DNA of 64,000 nucleotides from the human T2T-CHM13v2.0 reference genome, Homo sapiens: NCBI GenBank assembly GCA_009914755.4, contig CP068257.2, positions 18,592,001 to 18,656,000 of the forward strand, read 5' to 3'. Shown piece by piece: positions 58,535 to 64,000 of this stretch (position 1 is its first letter; each line of letters starts with the position of its first letter). The notes under the pieces were generated by a model. It saw only the letters and a program-made list of their open reading frames with translations, ran no database searches and was not told where the DNA came from. The position numbers and the translations under genes were made by a program.

Positions 58535-59200
58535 TAATGTGGTTTGTTTATTGCAGCACTATTCACAGCGGTCAAGATTGGGAAGCAACCTAAGTGTCCA
58601 TCAACAGACAAATGGATAAAGAAAATGTGATACCTATACACAGTGGAATACCATTCAGCCATAAAAAAGAGTGAGATCCTGTCATTTGCAAATGTGGGTG
58701 GAACTGGAGGTCACTATATTAAACGAAATGAAACAGGCCCAGAGAAACAAACTTCACATGTTTTCTTTTATTTGTGATTGCTAAAAACTGAAACAAAGGA
58801 ACCTATGAGTTTTATAGATTCCCTATCTAAAGATAAAGAGTAGAATCAACCTTCCCAGGAAACATAATCAGGCTTTGGCAGGGGAGTGGGGACTGGTTAA
58901 ATGGGTATAAAAATATAGTTAGCTAGAATATATACAATCTAGTATTTGATAGTGCAACAGGGTAACTATAATCAACAATAGTTTATTATACATTGAAAAA
59001 TAACTAAGAGTCTAATTGCATTGTTTGTAACACGCAGTAAGGGTAAATGCTTGAGGTGATGGAGAACCCATTTACCTTGATGTGATTATTGTTCGTGGTG
59101 TGCCTGTATCAAAATATCTCATGTACTCCATAAATAAATATACCTACTATGTACTCACAAAAATAAACATTCAAAATTTTAAAAAATTGACATTTTATTT
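58535..59200 (+). mobile_element. Old L1 (L1MA/L1PB-like) ORF2 end and 3'UTR
   Basis: 'ttgcagcactattcacagcggtcaagattgggaagcaacctaagtgtccatcaacagacaaatggataaagaaaatgtg...' (ORF2 '...KIWKQPKCPSTDEWIKKMW...') followed by the typical old-L1 3'UTR '...gtgcctgtatcaaaatatctcatgtactccataaataaatatacctactatgtactcacaaaaataaacattcaaaatttt'. Confidence 0.8.
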
Positions 59201-59409
59201 GAGCATTTCTATATAAATGTTTAAAGTATTATAAGCATGAATAAATATTTACACAGATAAATTAAATTGTAGTGAGTTTCCTTTCGGCCTTAAACCTTAC
59301 ACTCCAATACCAGAGTAGAAATTTTCAAATTTATTTAATTTGAAGATGCTATTTAGCGACATAGCAAGTGGATATGTCTGTATTTTCTGAGTTCCTGCCT
59401 GTCGTAGTG

Positions 59410-59749
59410 TGCTCAAGCTGGCCATAACAAAATATCACCGACTGGGGTGGCTTAACAACAGAAATGTATTTCCTCTCGGTTCTGGAGTCTGGAAGTTCAA
59501 GAGCAGGATGCCAGCATAGTTGATTTCTGGTGGAGGCTCTCTTTTTGCTGTGTCCTCACATGGTAGAGAGAGGAATCTCTCTGGTATTTCTCTTTATAGG
59601 GGCATTAATCCCGTTATGATAGCTCCAGCCTTATGACCTGATCTAACCCTTATAACTTCCCAAGAGCCCCATCTTCAGATACCATCACAAAGTGTGTCAC
59701 AGCTTCAACAGATAACATTTGAGGGATCACAAACATTCAGTCTCTACCA
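59410..59749 (-). mobile_element. MaLR solo LTR, MLT1-like (fifth copy)
   Basis: 'tgctcaagctggccataacaaaatatcaccgactggggtggcttaacaacagaaatgtatttcctctcggttctggagtctggaagttcaagagcaggatgccagc...gagggatcacaaacattcagtctctacca'. Confidence 0.6.
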
Positions 59750-60645
59750 CTGCCTAATAGTTTAAATAAAACTAGTTAGGATTAATGGAAATAATAGTGT
59801 AACCTTTGAAGTGCCATCTGATTCCATTTTAGTATTACTACTTAGTCATTAATGGATGCAGAACACACACATACCACACACACAAACACACATGCACACA
59901 CACACACACACATATGTCTGTATATTAGCTTACAAGCATTATTCATAGAGTAGACTTTTCTATAGGTCATCAAGAAGATTGGAACTGTCCATATTTTAAA
60001 CCTATCCTGGGAAATTTATTTTATCACAGTGATGTCCTGCCCAGTGTTTCCACAGAAGAATTACCAACTACACTGAGAGAAGCATCTCAAAACAAAGGTG
60101 TCTCTTTTTTTTTTATTGTTAGTGTTGCTATGCTTTTTTGTTTACTTTCTTCCATCTTTTGCTATGTTTTATAGAGCATGCTATTATTTCCACAAAGGAG
60201 AACTATATTTAGAAGTAATATTAGCAAATTGTCTTAGTGTGTTAAAAATTGAATTTTATTGATTAAATAATACTGAGAAGTATACTTTTTCTCCTTTCAG
60301 GCTAAAAAGAATATAAAATATAAAACCAACAATATTGTAGCTATCAGTTGGTTATTCCTGCTTTCAGCAAATCCATTTTACTTTTTAAGTTTTTGATAAT
60401 ATCAAAAATAATTGACTAAAAAAATTAAATGAGAGTGAAGAAAAGTTTTAGGAAGACAATTAAAAGAAAATTAAAAACTGAAAGAAAAGACTCAGGCTCA
60501 ACTACTTCCTAAAATAATACCAGCATTTCTCATCTAAACTTCCATTTGTTTCTTTTCAAGTCACATGTGAAAGCTAGGAAAGGGGCAATTAATGTATCGT
60601 GACTGAAGACTTTGCAAAGTTCAAGTATACAAAACAAACCAATTA

Positions 60646-61023
<378 letters not shown>

Positions 61024-62473
61024 TTAAAAAGGAGGGATTCTATACAAGGAAGAATGTAAGTTTCGTATATAGGAAATTTTAAAAAAAATCAGGTTTAGCT
61101 GCTGATTTCTGAACTACATTTTCTTAAATGAATAATTTCTGAAATTAATGACATGTAATTTAAAGAAATGTGTGTTCTGTCATTTTGGCTTGAAGAATTG
61201 ACCACTGGGTAGCATTATCAATTTTACGTAGGTACTAGTATTGTATGTCTGGAGGCTTTTATGTAAAATTTTAATTTCTGAAGAGTCATTCCAAGTATTC
61301 TCAAAAGAAAATACAAAGTTTTACATAATTCATGGAACATTTTTATTTGCATACGTCATTTTATTAAAGCATGGGTAGGTTTTTTTTAAATCTTTTTTCC
61401 TCCTTCTTTTTGCTAAATAATAAGACATGGATTTTTTCCCCCTAGATGAGACTGAAACGTTTCAGTAAGATTCTATTGGATAAATCTGTCTATTTCTGAA
61501 TCTCAATTATGGACCAAGGTCAATCTGACAACGATACACTTTAGTCAGATGCAAATTGAGAAATATAGCCAAGTACTTGTTTTAAACACCTTGAAAAAAG
61601 TTAAAACACGTTTATAATATTTTAGGATGCTTGCAAAGGCAAACTTCATAGAAAAAAGAGAGGCCTTAGAGGCCAAATACCAAGAATAGAACTTACTGCT
61701 GACTCAGTAAATAAAGAATATTTTGTGTTAGTAGTAAACTCATTATAAACATACGAGTTATGGCCGTGCCAATACTGCCAACATCAATATATGCTAAGCA
61801 CTTTTTATGTGCAGGCATTGTTCCAAACAAGTTGTACTCTTCGTTTTTTATCTTTCTTTTACCCACTCAAGAAATAGAACCAAAAGAAGAAGGGAATAAG
61901 GAGAGGAAATTTAATAAATATACGAAAGATATTAAAAGCCAATTCTCTCTCTCTTACTGCACACATGCCGAGACCAGCTCGGTCGGGGAGACCCTAACCC
62001 AGTGGCACTAGAGGAATTAAAGACACACACACAGAAATATAGAGGTGTGAAGTGGGAAATCAGGGGTCTCACAGCCTTCAGAGCTGAGAGTCCCGAACAG
62101 AGATTTACCCACATATTTATTAACAACAAGCCAGTCATTACCATTGTTTCTATAGATATTAAATTAACTAAAAGTATCCCTTATGGGAAATGAAGGGATG
62201 GGCCGAATTAAAAGAATAGGTTGGGCTAGTTAACTGCAGCACGAGCATGTCCTTAAGGCACAGATCACTCATGTTATTGTTTGTGGCTTAAGAATGCCTA
62301 TAAGTGGTTTCCTGTTCTGGGCGGGCCAGTGTTTCTTGCCCTCATTCCGGTAAACCCACAACCTTCCAGTGTGGGCGTTATGGCCATCGTGAACATGTCA
62401 CAATGCTGCAGAGATTTTGTTTATGGCCAGTTTTGGGGCCAGTTTATGGCCAGATTTTGGGGGGCTTGTTCCC

Positions 62474-62510
<37 letters not shown>
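62474..62510. repeat. (CA)n microsatellite, about 18 units
   Basis: Uninterrupted 'cacaca' run. Other (CA)n-rich tracts occur at 43868-43905 and 59860-59920. Confidence 0.98.
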
Positions 62511-62512
<2 letters not shown>

Positions 62513-64000
62513 TTATCACTCTTTCCACATAGTGTATGTGTGCGTGTATGTACTTTACAGATCAAATTTCCTCTCCTTTTCCATGCACATGGTCAGTTTT
62601 CAATTCATTTGTGTAAAATCTCCCAGAGTGAGCCCATGATCTGCCATTCTAAATTCCAAATGCTGTAAGAGATGAAAAGGCTCTGGTTGTACTTGATTCA
62701 TGTGGCCAGCACTAACACTGCTCTATGTAGAAAATGGGAACAGCCTCATAATTTGGAAATACAGCTACTAAGAACTCAATAATATGGTTTTGAGATTGAT
62801 TTTTTTTTTAAAATTAGAGTTGGTCATGATGACTTACAAATACACTTTCAATATTCTTGTCACATATAGAAAGGATTACAGATAAGCCCTAAGCCTAGTC
62901 CTGTGGCCCTTTTTCCCTTCTGAATAATATTATCTTGGTAATGCAGACTTAGTGATGGTTGAAGTATTTCAGATGGATCTGTATTTATATTAGGAGACAG
63001 CAGAGCATGGTGTGTGTAACAAGGGATTTGAAGCCAGGTATATCTGCATTTAAGTGTATGCTGTGTTTTTCAATTGTTCTGTGGTCATGGCCAAATTATT
63101 TGCTGTTAATTTTCAGTTTCCTCAGTAACAAAAATAGGGGTAATAACATTAGTTGTATTGTAGATTTCTTGAGTGGGTAACAAAAAAGATAAATATTACA
63201 ACTTGTTTGGCACAATGCCTGCACATAGAAAATGCTTATTATATATTGATGTTGGTTGAATTGGCAGAGGTAGAAATGATGGTAGAGTAGTAGTTGGTAG
63301 AAGCATTAATCTATCGGGTAAGTGAAAGGGACAAGGCAACTTTCAATAGGATTTGGCACCTGATTTGGGTATTTAACTCATAGCAGGACATGTGTCAAGT
63401 ATTCTGAGCGAGATATATAACAGAGTGGAAAGAAGCATTAGATCAATAAGGAATACCAGAAAATAGGTGATATACTAGCTTTTTTTATTGTTGCTATAAT
63501 GCATTACCATTAGTGTAGTGGCTTATAAAACACAGATTTATTATTTTACTGTTATAGAAGTCAGAATTCTGAAATGGTCTCACTGGTCTGCATTCATTCT
63601 TGAGGCTCTGGGGAGAATCTGTTTCCTGCCATTCACAGCTGCTATAGGCTGTGCACATACCTTGGCTCATGGCCCCCTTCCAGACTCTCCTGTCTTCCTC
63701 TTTATCTTTTAAGGCCTCCTATAATTATGTTGTGCCCACCAGATAATCCAGAATTATCTTCACATAACAAGGTCAACTGATTAGCAACCGTAATTCCATC
63801 TAGAATCTTAATTCTGCCTTTCATGTAACATAAAATGTTCAGAAATTAGGAGAATAAAGATGTGGACATCTTTGGAGGTGGTAGAGGGCATTATTCTGCC
63901 AACCACAAGTAAGTACACTAGTTTGAAAATATTTTATAAGTAAGATTTTATAAACTTTGTACTTAGGGCAAGAAAGGGGATAGAAATACACATGAATGAG

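Overview
This window is primate, almost certainly human, nuclear DNA rather than a prokaryotic locus. It contains about 16 Alu copies (AluJ/S/Y and a free left monomer), multiple L1 segments including L1PA types, a HERV-H-type LTR7 solo LTR, MaLR LTRs (THE1/MST and MLT1-like) and many micro- and minisatellites. I found no operon structure, no rRNA or tRNA gene, and no CRISPR array. The sequence is AT-rich, CpG-depleted and heavily repeat-laden, which is typical of a gene-poor L1-rich isochore or a deep intron. Every ORF of 60 to 190 aa in the six-frame track that I could assign lies inside a transposable element (mostly decayed L1 ORF2) or inside simple sequence. I could not support any host protein-coding exon. 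The first ~11 kb is one old, near full-length L1 (L1PB/L1MA-like) on the minus strand. It was later hit by a 5'-inverted (twin-primed) L1PA insertion, two Alus and a MaLR LTR. The structures most worth a second look are listed in the findings. They are a ~230-bp near-perfect palindrome with two identical ~100-bp arms (49.77-50.00 kb); a ~2-kb compound AT-rich minisatellite of 32-38-bp units that resembles rare fragile-site repeats (56.2-58.2 kb); a CpG-retaining ERV-class LTR-like segment with an inverted partial copy of its own R/U5 end (39.24-40.31 kb); an LTR7 solo LTR nested in an L1 3' end next to a (GGAA)n microsatellite (42.5-43.6 kb); and several young Alu insertions with perfect target-site duplications. 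I did not find a novel biological system. The suggestion that one is present is not supported by what I can see. All coordinates are approximate to within 5-10 bp, and repeat family names are from memory of consensus sequences, not from a database search.
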